64,000 nt of DNA, from the NCBI GenBank assembly GCA_002351925.1, contig DEHM01000019.1, forward strand, positions 14,942-78,941. Reading direction: 5' to 3'. Both the position numbers and the translations under genes were made by a program. The notes under the pieces were generated by a model that was not told the DNA's origin, did not search any database, and saw only the letters and a program-made list of their open reading frames with translations. Below, one piece after another: positions 1-7,740 of this stretch; within the stretch, counting starts at the first letter, position 1, and the number at the start of each line of letters is the position of its first letter. Source of the stretch: Bacteroidales bacterium UBA2800 (GTDB lineage Bacteria > Bacteroidota > Bacteroidia > Bacteroidales > Paludibacteraceae).

Positions 1-1460
1 CTAACCCCTTCGAGGAACTGGGTATTCCCGAGAGTGTGCAGATCGTGCCCGTGGCACTGACTACGCTTACCAAGGAGGCCCTCAAAGACTCCGGCATGGA
101 CAATAAGTCGATGCTCAAGTCGCGTAACATGTTCGCCCTGGGACTCATCTGCTGGCTCTTCGACCAACCGATGGACGAAGCAATCCACCTGCTGGAGGAT
201 AAGTTCAAGAAGAAACCGGCTCTCGTGGCGCCGAACACCAAGGTGATGGTCGATGGCTACAACTACGGTCAGAACCTGGCCCTCAGTATCCACCAGATTC
301 GTCTGGATGGTAAGCCCAACGAGGCACACGGTACCTATACCTCTATCGCCGGCAACAAGGCGACGGCGTGGGGACTGATAGCTGCGGCGGAGAAAGCGGG
401 CATGCACCTGTTCCTCGGCTCGTATCCTATCACTCCGGCTACCGATATCATGCACGAGTTGGCAGGACGCAAAGACCAGAACGTCATGGTCGTTCAGGCC
501 GAAGACGAGATAGCCGGTGTGTGCACCGCTATCGGTGCTGCTTTTGCCGGCGACCTGGCCTGCACCTCCACGTCAGGCCCGGGTCTGAGTCTGAAGTCCG
601 AAGCCGTAGGCTTGGCTGTCATGGCCGAACTGCCGCTCGTCATCATCGACGTGCAGCGTGGCGGACCTTCTACGGGTCTGCCTACCAAGACCGAACAGAC
701 CGACCTCTTGCAGGCGCTCTACGGCCGTAACGGCGAGTGCCCGGCGGTCGTCCTTGCCGCTTCTACCTCGGCTAACTGCTTCGACTACGCCTACGAGGCC
801 TGCCGCCTCGCGCTGGAGAACATGACGCCCGTCATCCTCCTTACCGATACGTATCTGGCTAACGGTACCGCCCTCTGGCGTATCCCCAAGATGGCCGAAC
901 TGCCGGCTATACGGCCGCAGTCGGTGCCCGAAGAGCTGAAGGGACATTTCAACCCGGCGCTGCGCGACGAACGCGGCGTACGCTACTGGGCTTTCCCTGG
1001 CATGGAGGGCTATGAGCACCGTAACATCGGTCTAGAGCGCGACGCGGAGAAGGGTACTATCTCCACCAATCCGGAGAACCACGAGAAGATGGTGCGTGCC
1101 CGTCAGGCGAAGATAGCCCAGGTGGCCAACCGGATACCCGACCTGCAGGTGCAGGGCAACGCCGAGAGCGATACGCTGCTCGTGGGCTGGGGGTCGACCG
1201 AAGGACACCTGCACGCAGCAGCCAACCAACTCGGTTGTGCGCTCGCGCAGTTCAACTATATCCTGCCGCTGCCGCGTAACACGCGCGAGGTGCTGAGCGC
1301 CTACAAGCGTATCATCGTCTGCGAACTCAACACCGGTCAATTTGCCGCCTATCTGCGTGCACAGTTCCCCGATATCCCGATGACGCAGTACAACGAGATA
1401 CAGGGACAACCCTTCGCCGTGGAGCGTATTGTTAACCATGTTAAATCGATAGCCGACTAG
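1..1460 (+). CDS. korA: 2-oxoacid:ferredoxin oxidoreductase alpha (KorA-type) subunit; 5' end lies outside the window
   Basis: The frame is open from nt 3 (NPFEELGIPES...), so the GTG at 36 in the ORF track is not the real start. Motifs GSYPITPATDIMHEL, EDEIAG and GGPSTGLPTKTEQTDL are typical of OFOR alpha subunits. The TPP-binding beta subunit follows 10 nt later. Confidence 0.85.
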   Translation, partial: NPFEELGIPESVQIVPVALTTLTKEALKDSGMDNKSMLKSRNMFALGLICWLFDQPMDEAIHLLEDKFKKKPALVAPNTKVMVDGYNYGQNLALSIHQIRLDGKPNEAHGTYTSIAGNKATAWGLIAAAEKAGMHLFLGSYPITPATDIMHELAGRKDQNVMVVQAEDEIAGVCTAIGAAFAGDLACTSTSGPGLSLKSEAVGLAVMAELPLVIIDVQRGGPSTGLPTKTEQTDLLQALYGRNGECPAVVLAASTSANCFDYAYEACRLALENMTPVILLTDTYLANGTALWRIPKMAELPAIRPQSVPEELKGHFNPALRDERGVRYWAFPGMEGYEHRNIGLERDAEKGTISTNPENHEKMVRARQAKIAQVANRIPDLQVQGNAESDTLLVGWGSTEGHLHAAANQLGCALAQFNYILPLPRNTREVLSAYKRIIVCELNTGQFAAYLRAQFPDIPMTQYNEIQGQPFAVERIVNHVKSIAD

Positions 1461-1470
1461 TTAGAGAATT

Positions 1471-2502
1471 ATGGAAGCAAGTCAATTCAAATCCGATCAA
1501 TATGTACGTTTCTGCCCGGGCTGCGGCGACCACGCTATCTGTATGGCGCTGCAGAAAGCCATGGCGCAGATAGGTATCCCCACCCACCAGGTGGCTGTCA
1601 TCTCCGGTATCGGCTGCTCTAGCCGTATGCCGCACTATCTGAACACCTACGGGTTCAATACCATCCACGGTCGCGGCGGCGCGGTGGCTACGGGTGTCAA
1701 GACCAGCCATCCCGAACTGACTGTCTGGCAGATGTCCGGCGACGGCGACTGTCTGGCTATCGGCGGCAACCATTTTATCCACGAGATACGTCGTAACGTG
1801 GACCTCAACGTCTGTATGTTCAACAATCGTATCTATGGTCTCACGAAAGGTCAGTATTCGCCTACGAGCCCCAAGGGTTTTGTCTCTAAGTCCTCGCCGT
1901 TTGGTACGGTAGAGCGTCCGTTTGTGCCTGGTCAACTCATCCTCGGCGCAGGCGGCACCTTCTTCGCCCGCACGCTGGATGTCGATATGCCGACCACCGT
2001 CGACTGCCTTGTCGCGGCGCAGCAGCACAAGGGCTGCTCTATCGTAGAGTGCCTCGTCAACTGCGTCATCTTCAACAACGGTACCCACGCCTGGATAGCT
2101 GACCGTGAGCAACGCGCCGAGCACAGTATCATCCTCCGCCATGGCGAGAAGATGATCTTCGGTAAGGATAACGACAAAGGACTGGCCGTGGAGATCGACC
2201 CGCAGACCTTTGTGCCGAAGATGATTGTGGTGGCTGCCGACGACCCGCGGGTGCTGACCCACGATGCAACGCAACCCGATCCGACGCTCCATCGTCTGCT
2301 GGCCCTCATGGGACAACAGCGTTTCGTCAGCGTAGACGCCGAAGTGACCGACGAACTGCCGGTAGCACTGGGTGTGATACGCAATGTGGAAGCGGAGACC
2401 TACGACGAAGCCGTCAACCGCCAGATAGCGGAAGTGCGCGACAAGGCGAAGGCGAAGAACTTCGACGAGCTCACCGCCACGCTGGAGAGTTGGACCATCT
2501 AA
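1471..2502 (+). CDS. korB: 2-oxoacid:ferredoxin oxidoreductase beta (TPP-binding) subunit
   Basis: 343 aa with an N-terminal CPGCGDH motif and the TPP loop SGDGDCLAIGGNH. Tightly linked to korA. Confidence 0.88.
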   Translation: MEASQFKSDQYVRFCPGCGDHAICMALQKAMAQIGIPTHQVAVISGIGCSSRMPHYLNTYGFNTIHGRGGAVATGVKTSHPELTVWQMSGDGDCLAIGGNHFIHEIRRNVDLNVCMFNNRIYGLTKGQYSPTSPKGFVSKSSPFGTVERPFVPGQLILGAGGTFFARTLDVDMPTTVDCLVAAQQHKGCSIVECLVNCVIFNNGTHAWIADREQRAEHSIILRHGEKMIFGKDNDKGLAVEIDPQTFVPKMIVVAADDPRVLTHDATQPDPTLHRLLALMGQQRFVSVDAEVTDELPVALGVIRNVEAETYDEAVNRQIAEVRDKAKAKNFDELTATLESWTI

Positions 2503-3452
2503 CGATACTTGCTCTCGGTACAGTCACCGAGCAGCGAGAGATAAGATTCGTAACGGGAGACAGCAATGTCGCCCGTTATTATTTTGTCCTGCACGGCGCA
2601 ACCCGGCTCGCCGGTGTGGGTGCAGTCGCTGTAGCGGCACTCGCGTGACGCACGGAAAATCTCCGGGAAATAATGACCTACTTCCTCGCGCTTGAAGTCG
2701 ATGGTACCGAAACCTTTGATACCCGGCGTGTCAATCACGGCGCCGCCGTCCGGCAGGAAATACATCTCTGAGAAAGTAGTGGTATGTTTGCCCGTGTCGT
2801 GGGCGTCAGATATCTCTCCGATACGCGTCATCTCCCTGCCAAACAGGGCATTGAGCAGCGTGCTCTTGCCTACGCCGGAGTTACCGCTCAGCAGCGTCGT
2901 CTTGCCGGCCAGCAGCTTGCGCAACGCCGCGTGGCTGTGCGTCCATTGGTCGGCAGGTGTCTCCGCCATCTGACGGGCAGAGATAGAGAAGGTGCGGTAG
3001 CCGATACCGGAATAGAGTTCTACGTCGAGGAAGAGCTCCATGTGCTCCTCCTCCGTCAGCAGATCGGTTTTGTTGAAAGCCAGGATAGCCGGCACACGAT
3101 AGGCCTCACAGGTGGCCAGAAAACGGTCGATGAAGGTGAGGTTGGTGTAGGGGTGACGCAGCGTAACCAGCAGCACTACCTGGTCGATATTGGCCGCCAG
3201 GATGTGGCTCTCTTTGCTTAGGTTGGTGGACTTGCGTATGATATAGTTGCGCCTGTCTTCTATCTCCGTGATCCAGTTGGTGCCGTCGGCCAGGGTCTGT
3301 ACCTCCACATAGTCGCCTACGGCCACCGGATTGGTGCTACGGATGCCGCGGATACGGAAATTGCCTTTTATGTGGCACTCCGTATCCCTACCGTCCTCCA
3401 TGCGGACGATATAGCTGCTACCCGTAGATTTAATAACGAGACCTCTCACCAA
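2499..3452 (-). CDS. rsgA: Ribosome small-subunit-dependent GTPase A
   Basis: Circularly permuted GTPase order NKTDL (G4), GNSGVGKSTLLNAL (G1), DTPG (G3), with a C-terminal zinc finger CRYSDCTHTGEPGCAV. The track start is TTG 3452; GTG 3449 (MRGLVIKSTG) is equally possible. The stop overlaps the convergent korB stop. Confidence 0.88.
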   Translation of the reverse strand: MVRGLVIKSTGSSYIVRMEDGRDTECHIKGNFRIRGIRSTNPVAVGDYVEVQTLADGTNWITEIEDRRNYIIRKSTNLSKESHILAANIDQVVLLVTLRHPYTNLTFIDRFLATCEAYRVPAILAFNKTDLLTEEEHMELFLDVELYSGIGYRTFSISARQMAETPADQWTHSHAALRKLLAGKTTLLSGNSGVGKSTLLNALFGREMTRIGEISDAHDTGKHTTTFSEMYFLPDGGAVIDTPGIKGFGTIDFKREEVGHYFPEIFRASRECRYSDCTHTGEPGCAVQDKIITGDIAVSRYESYLSLLGDCTESKYR

Positions 3453-3477
3453 TTATCAATGATCAATCACCAATGAC
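3450..3477. repeat. Heptad word repeat CAATNNN x4 (caattat caatgat caatcac caatgac)
   Basis: Read directly. It fills the frr/rsgA gap and overlaps the rsgA start. Confidence 0.9.
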
Positions 3478-3479
3478 AG

Positions 3480-4043
3480 TTATATTGTCATGATCTCTTT
3501 TTCCTTGGCGGCGTAGAGAGCTTCTACCTTGGCGATATATTTGTCGTGCACCTTCTGGATGTCCTCTTCGGCATCTTTCTCGATGTCCTCGCTCAGGCCG
3601 TTCTTGACGAGTTTCTTAAACTCCTCGATGGCGTCACGGCGGGCGTTACGAATTGACATCTTACCCTGCTCGGCCTCTGCCTTACATTGCTTGCAGAGTT
3701 CACGACGACGCTCTTCGGTCAGCGGCGGCAATACCAGACGTATCGTCTCGCCGTTGTTCGACGGTGCCAGACCGATGTTTGAGTTGATGATGGCGCGCTC
3801 GATGTCGCCTATCAGTTTCTTCTCCCACGGCGTGATAGCGATGGTGCGTGCGTCCGGCGTCACGATAGTAGCGCAACTGCTCAGCGGCGACATAGTGCCA
3901 TAGTAGTCTATCTTGATAGGGTCAAGAATACGCGGGTTGGCCTTGCCGGCACGGATGTGTTGAAGGGTGTCGTCCAGATGAGCGACAGCGTTCTGCATCT
4001 GCTCTTCGGCAGCGTTCTGATACAATTCAAGTTCGTCTTCCAT
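3480..4043 (-). CDS. frr: Ribosome recycling factor
   Basis: 187 aa. Motifs [30 protein letters not shown] and IRNARRDA. Forms the classic pyrH-frr pair. Confidence 0.92.
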   Translation of the reverse strand: MEDELELYQNAAEEQMQNAVAHLDDTLQHIRAGKANPRILDPIKIDYYGTMSPLSSCATIVTPDARTIAITPWEKKLIGDIERAIINSNIGLAPSNNGETIRLVLPPLTEERRRELCKQCKAEAEQGKMSIRNARRDAIEEFKKLVKNGLSEDIEKDAEEDIQKVHDKYIAKVEALYAAKEKEIMTI

Positions 4044-4047
4044 ACTA

Positions 4048-4752
4048 TTAGGGTTTTACGAGAGTGCCAATGGCCTCTCCGTTAATAACTTTCTCCAGGT
4101 TGCCGTACTCATCCATGTTAAATACATAGATGGGCAGACCGTTCTCACGAGCCATGGCGGTGGCGGTGATGTCCATCACTTTCAGTCCGCGCCGGATGAC
4201 TTCGTCATAGGTGATCTCGCTGAACTTCGTGGCTGTGGGGTCTTTCTCCGGGTCGGCGGTGTAGATACCGTCCACGCGGGTACCCTTCAGCATGATGTCG
4301 GCTTTGATCTCCAGCGCACGCAGCGACGAACCCGTGTCGGTCGTGAAATACGGAGCACCCGTGCCACCGGCCAGGATCACTACATTGCCTTTGTCCAGTA
4401 GTCGTTGCGCCTTGGCGGGGTTGTAGAAGTCGCCTACCGGCTCCATACGTATCGAGGTCAGTACGCGTACCGGCTGACCGATGGCTTCCAGCGCCGAAGA
4501 GAGCGCCAGGGCGTTGATGACCGTAGCCAACATACCCATCTGGTCACCTTTCACGCGGTCGAACCCTTTCTGTGCACCGCTCAGGCCGCGGAAGATATTG
4601 CCGCCGCCTATCACGATACCTATCTGCACACCGCGTTGCGCGATGGATTTCACTTGCTCGGCGTACTGGCTGAGCCGCTCGGTGTCGATACCTTGCTTAC
4701 TCGCCCCCGCGAGGCTCTCGCCGGAGAGTTTCAATAAGATTCTCTTAAACAT
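4048..4752 (-). CDS. pyrH: UMP kinase
   Basis: 234 aa, amino-acid-kinase fold with ILLKLSGE and [10 protein letters not shown]. Lies 4 nt upstream of frr. Confidence 0.92.
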   Translation of the reverse strand: MFKRILLKLSGESLAGASKQGIDTERLSQYAEQVKSIAQRGVQIGIVIGGGNIFRGLSGAQKGFDRVKGDQMGMLATVINALALSSALEAIGQPVRVLTSIRMEPVGDFYNPAKAQRLLDKGNVVILAGGTGAPYFTTDTGSSLRALEIKADIMLKGTRVDGIYTADPEKDPTATKFSEITYDEVIRRGLKVMDITATAMARENGLPIYVFNMDEYGNLEKVINGEAIGTLVKP

Positions 4753-4785
4753 AACAGTTTAACGTTTTTATATAATAAAAACCAT

Positions 4786-4821
4786 TTTAACCGTTTAACG
4801 TGACGCAGTCACCATCTTAAC
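4786..4821. repeat. TTTAAC words flanking the 13-nt hairpin GTGAC-GCA-GTCAC
   Basis: TTTAAC cg TTTAAC GTGACGCAGTCAC catc TTAAC. There is an extra TTTAAC at 4758. The last word contains the LbH stop codon. Confidence 0.9.
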
Positions 4822-5341
4822 GGTACCAAGAGGCGTACATGGCGTAGTTGTTGGCTATTTTTTTGTTAATCTCTGCGGTCTGCGCAGGGTCGGCTTTCTT
4901 GATGAACTTCGCCGGCACACCGCCCCATATCTCGTGCGCACCTATCTGTGTGTTGGAGAGCACCAGCGCACCGGCAGCCACGATGGCTCCTTCGCCTACG
5001 TGCGCACCGTCGAGTAGGGTAGCGCCCATCCCTATCAGCGCGTAGTCGTCTACGTCGGCGCCGTGTATCGTGACGTTATGTCCGACGGATACGTAGTCGC
5101 CCAGACGGATCGTGGATTTCTGATAGAGCGTGTGGAGCACCGCACCGTCCTGTATGTTACAATGCTTGCCGACGACGATGGTGTTTACGTCGCCCCGCAG
5201 CACACTGTTGAACCACAGACTCGAGCCCTCGCCCACCGTCACATCGCCGACCACGGTGGCGTTCTCAGCCATGAACACGTCGTCAGCAATATGCGGTGTG
5301 AGGATCTCTCCGTTGCGATTGATGGTCTTGACTAAAGCCAT
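4817..5341 (-). CDS. Gamma-carbonic-anhydrase-like hexapeptide-repeat (LbH) protein (YrdA/PaaY family)
   Basis: 174 aa made of left-handed beta-helix hexapeptide repeats. Contains GHNVTIHG and a C-terminal helix. Confidence 0.8.
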   Translation of the reverse strand: MALVKTINRNGEILTPHIADDVFMAENATVVGDVTVGEGSSLWFNSVLRGDVNTIVVGKHCNIQDGAVLHTLYQKSTIRLGDYVSVGHNVTIHGADVDDYALIGMGATLLDGAHVGEGAIVAAGALVLSNTQIGAHEIWGGVPAKFIKKADPAQTAEINKKIANNYAMYASWYR

Positions 5342-5344
5342 AGT

Positions 5345-5376
5345 TTTCTAGATTTCTAGATGTCTAGAGTTCTAGA
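5345..5376. repeat. Octad repeat NNTCTAGA x4 (tttctaga tttctaga tgtctaga gttctaga)
   Basis: Read directly. It occupies essentially the whole tpiA/LbH gap. Confidence 0.95.
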
Positions 5377-6126
5377 TTATCGCGCAGCGATGATGGCCAG
5401 GAACTTCTCTGCTACCAGCGCAGCACCGCCGATCAGACCACCGTCGATGTCCGGGCAAGCAAACAGCTCAGCAGCGTTCTTCTCGTTGCAGCTGCCGCCG
5501 TAGAGGATCGTGGTGTCCTCGGCTGCCTCTTTGCCGTATTTTGCGGCTACGAGGCTACGAATATAGGCGTGAATCTCCTGTGCCTGCTCCGGCGTAGCCG
5601 TCAGACCCGTACCGATAGCCCATACCGGCTCGTAAGCCAGCACGATCTGTTTCCATTCCTCAGCACTCAGACCGAACACCGAACCCTCCAGTTGGGCCTT
5701 TACTACCTCGTTCTGCTTGCCTGCTTCGCGCTCCTCTTTCACCTCGCCGATGCAGAAGATCACCTTCAGACCGTTAGCCAGCGCCAGACGCACTTTCTCG
5801 GCCAACATCTCGTAGCTCTCAGCGTAGTACTGACGACGCTCCGAGTGACCCAGGATGACGTATTCCGCACCCGTCGACTTCACCATCTCGGCGCTCACCT
5901 CACCGGTGTACGCACCCTTCTCGTGGTCGGCGCAGTTCTCGGCAGCCACCTTGATAGCGCTACCCTTCAGCAACTCGCTGACCGTAGCCAGATGGATAAA
6001 CGGCGTACCGATGACTACGGCACACTTAGGCGATTTAACAGCTTCTTTCAACTCGGTAGCCAGTGCTACACCTTCTTGCAGGTTCTTGTTCATCTTCCAG
6101 TTACCTGCTACCATTTTTGTTCTCAT
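5377..6126 (-). CDS. tpiA: Triosephosphate isomerase
   Basis: 249 aa with [24 protein letters not shown] and YGGS motifs. Confidence 0.93.
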   Translation of the reverse strand: MRTKMVAGNWKMNKNLQEGVALATELKEAVKSPKCAVVIGTPFIHLATVSELLKGSAIKVAAENCADHEKGAYTGEVSAEMVKSTGAEYVILGHSERRQYYAESYEMLAEKVRLALANGLKVIFCIGEVKEEREAGKQNEVVKAQLEGSVFGLSAEEWKQIVLAYEPVWAIGTGLTATPEQAQEIHAYIRSLVAAKYGKEAAEDTTILYGGSCNEKNAAELFACPDIDGGLIGGAALVAEKFLAIIAAR

Positions 6127-6166
6127 AGATGTGTATGTATTTTTTTGTTATTAGCAATTTTGCCTG

Positions 6167-6198
6167 CAAAATTACAAAAATATTTTCATATATCCAAA
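6167..6198 (-). promoter_or_regulatory. Bacteroidetes sigma-A promoter for tpiA (TTG-N20-TAATTTTG)
   Basis: Reverse complement of caaaatta at 6167-6174. A TTTG lies 20 nt upstream, and the promoter is 41 nt from the tpiA ATG. Confidence 0.65.
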
Positions 6199-6223
6199 AA
6201 TTTGTGAAAATTAATCGAATTTG

Positions 6224-6255
6224 TTTGCAAATGAGAAATAATTTCACTAATTTTG
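6224..6255 (+). promoter_or_regulatory. Promoter for the His-rich membrane protein and trmN6 (TTTG-N20-TAATTTTG)
   Basis: TTTG at 6224-6227 and TAATTTTG at 6248-6255. Confidence 0.65.
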
Positions 6256-6281
6256 CAGCCGTTTTTGCAAATCGACTACTT

Positions 6282-7013
6282 ATGGTACAAGTTTTTACGG
6301 CGCTGTTGCTGGGTCTGCTCACTATTCTTGATCCGTGCACACTCATGACCAGCATCACCGCTATCGGCTATATCGACAAGGAGATCAACAACCGCCGTCT
6401 GGTGCTCACCAACGGTCTGATGTTCGTGCTGGGCAAGCTGGCGACCTATGTGTTGCTCAGTATTCCTTTCCTCATGGGTGCGCAGACCGCCGGTATCCAG
6501 CACGTGCTGGGGCATTACGGTGAACCTATCCTGGCTGGCTTCATGCTCGTCTGCGGTGTCGTGCTGCTCTTCAGCGGCCATCATCACCATGAGCATGACC
6601 ACGGTATCAGCCGCTGGCTCAAGGAGACCGACAGCAAGGAGAGCTGGCTCTGGTCGTTCATCCTCGGTATCTTCTTCGCCATCGCTTTCTGCCCCCACCG
6701 TCTCGTGTATTTCCTCACGATGATCGATATCACACTCACGCTGCCGAGCACCTGGAATTGGGTCATGCCCGTCGTCTTCGGCCTCGGCACGGGTCTGCCT
6801 ATCATGCTCATCGCCTGGCTCGTCAGCTATAGTGCCGTCAGCATCGGCAATCTCACGCAGAAGATGGGTGCCTTCGAGAAATGGTTCCGCCATATATGTG
6901 CCGTGCTCTTCCTCGTCCTGGGTGTCTATCTGACTATCCACTGCATCATCGAGTATCATGAGCACCAGCACGGCGGTTGCTGCGACCATCCCCACTATGA
7001 GCTTTCGCTTTAA
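6282..7013 (+). CDS. Polytopic membrane protein with a His-rich loop and His/Cys-rich C-terminal tail; putative metal transport or handling (DsbD_2/CcdA-like, function uncertain)
   Basis: ATG 6282 lies 27 nt downstream of a TAATTTTG -7 box. The track start at 6129 would run through the promoter. There are several hydrophobic segments. Motifs are ILDPCT, SGHHHHEHDHG and a C-terminal EYHEHQHGGCCDHPHY. Confidence 0.6.
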   Translation: MVQVFTALLLGLLTILDPCTLMTSITAIGYIDKEINNRRLVLTNGLMFVLGKLATYVLLSIPFLMGAQTAGIQHVLGHYGEPILAGFMLVCGVVLLFSGHHHHEHDHGISRWLKETDSKESWLWSFILGIFFAIAFCPHRLVYFLTMIDITLTLPSTWNWVMPVVFGLGTGLPIMLIAWLVSYSAVSIGNLTQKMGAFEKWFRHICAVLFLVLGVYLTIHCIIEYHEHQHGGCCDHPHYELSL

Positions 7014-7713
7014 GCAGTTCTATATCGACGACAGCCGTTGCGCCATGAAGGTCGGCACCGATGGGGTGCTGCTTGGTGCGTGGTGCCCAATCACTAACCC
7101 CCTAACCACTAATCCCCTAACCCGTATCCTCGACGTAGGCACGGGCAGCGGACTGATAGCCCGCATGTTGATGCAACGCTGTCCGGAGGCGGAGGTGGAG
7201 GCCATCGATATAGACCCGGCAGCCGTAGAGCAAGCCCGCGAGAATGGCGTCAATGCCTTCTGCTCCTCCCTCCAGGACTGGCAAATCGTCAATCGTCAAT
7301 CGTCAAATCGTCAATTATACGATCTCATCGTCAGCAACCCTCCATATTTCCAAAACAGCCTCAAGAACCCGGACAAGGGGCGTCAGACGGCGCGACATAC
7401 CGATACGCTCAGCTATGCAGAGCTGATACACCATAGTGCCCGGCTGTTGACCGAGCATGGTAGGTTAGCGCTGATACTACCGGCAGAAGCCGAGGCGGAG
7501 GTACGTCAACTGGCTGCGGCGGCCAACCTTTTCCTCACGCGTCTTACGCGCGTATATAGTAAGGAGTCGAAACCCGCCCGCCGCGTCTTGATGGCCTTCG
7601 AGATGTCGAGTTCTCGAGATCTCGAGATCTCGGTCGACTCGCTCACGCTGGAAGACGAAAAAGGCGGCCGTTCAGCCGCCTATTCGGAACTCTGCAAAGA
7701 ATTCTACTTATGA
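6997..7713 (+). CDS. trmN6: tRNA1(Val) (adenine37-N6)-methyltransferase (YfiC/TrmN6 family)
   Basis: FRFKQFYIDDSRCAMKVGTDGVLLGAW, SAM motif I LDVGTGSG and motif IV SNPPYF. The start is chosen at MSFRFKQF and overlaps the upstream gene by 17 nt. Three word-repeat segments lie inside the gene. Confidence 0.8.
   Translation: MSFRFKQFYIDDSRCAMKVGTDGVLLGAWCPITNPLTTNPLTRILDVGTGSGLIARMLMQRCPEAEVEAIDIDPAAVEQARENGVNAFCSSLQDWQIVNRQSSNRQLYDLIVSNPPYFQNSLKNPDKGRQTARHTDTLSYAELIHHSARLLTEHGRLALILPAEAEAEVRQLAAAANLFLTRLTRVYSKESKPARRVLMAFEMSSSRDLEISVDSLTLEDEKGGRSAAYSELCKEFYL
7092..7123. repeat. Octad repeat around CTAACC x4, in frame in trmN6 (encodes TNPLTTNPLT)
   Basis: cactaacc ccctaacc actaatcc cctaaccc. 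Confidence 0.9.
7282..7318. repeat. CAA(A)TCGT / CAATNNN repeat x5, in frame in trmN6 (encodes QIVNRQSSNRQL)
   Basis: caaatcgt caatcgt caatcgt caaatcgt caattat. Confidence 0.92.
7598..7638. repeat. Octad repeat TCGAGNNN x4.5, in frame in trmN6
   Basis: tcgagatg tcgagttc tcgagatc tcgagatc tcggtcgac. It carries CTCGAG, AGATCT and GTCGAC palindromes. Confidence 0.9.
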
Positions 7714-7740
7714 TCCGCCATCCTTGGCGGATTTATTTTG
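7713..7740 (+). terminator. Rho-independent terminator between convergent trmN6 and rny
   Basis: Stem ATCCGCCA (7713-7720) pairs with TGGCGGAT (7725-7732), with loop TCCT. TTATTTTG follows on the plus strand. Confidence 0.6.

Noticed and set aside
2499-2502. Convergent korB and rsgA share overlapping stop codons (CTAA), and several other pairs overlap by 4 nt.
   Set aside because: This is real but commonplace gene packing and is not considered noteworthy.
6129-6281. The N-terminal extensions offered by the ORF track for several genes (6129, 6958, 11312, 12770, 28649, 30635, 42105, 41598, 9277, 26692).
   Set aside because: The extensions run through recognisable promoters, terminators or repeat arrays, or lack signal-peptide logic. 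Internal starts give canonical N-termini (signal peptides, lipoboxes, family-typical first residues) and typical TAATG/ATGA couplings.
7598-7638. A cluster of CTCGAG, AGATCT and GTCGAC sites, with TCTAGA x4 at 5345-5376 and CCTAGG x3 at 38248-38283, looks like a cloning polylinker or synthetic insert.
   Set aside because: The sites are part of degenerate 8-9-nt tandem words of the same style as the ~25 other loci. They lie in frame in conserved chromosomal genes or exactly fill native gene gaps, and no vector backbone sequence is nearby.
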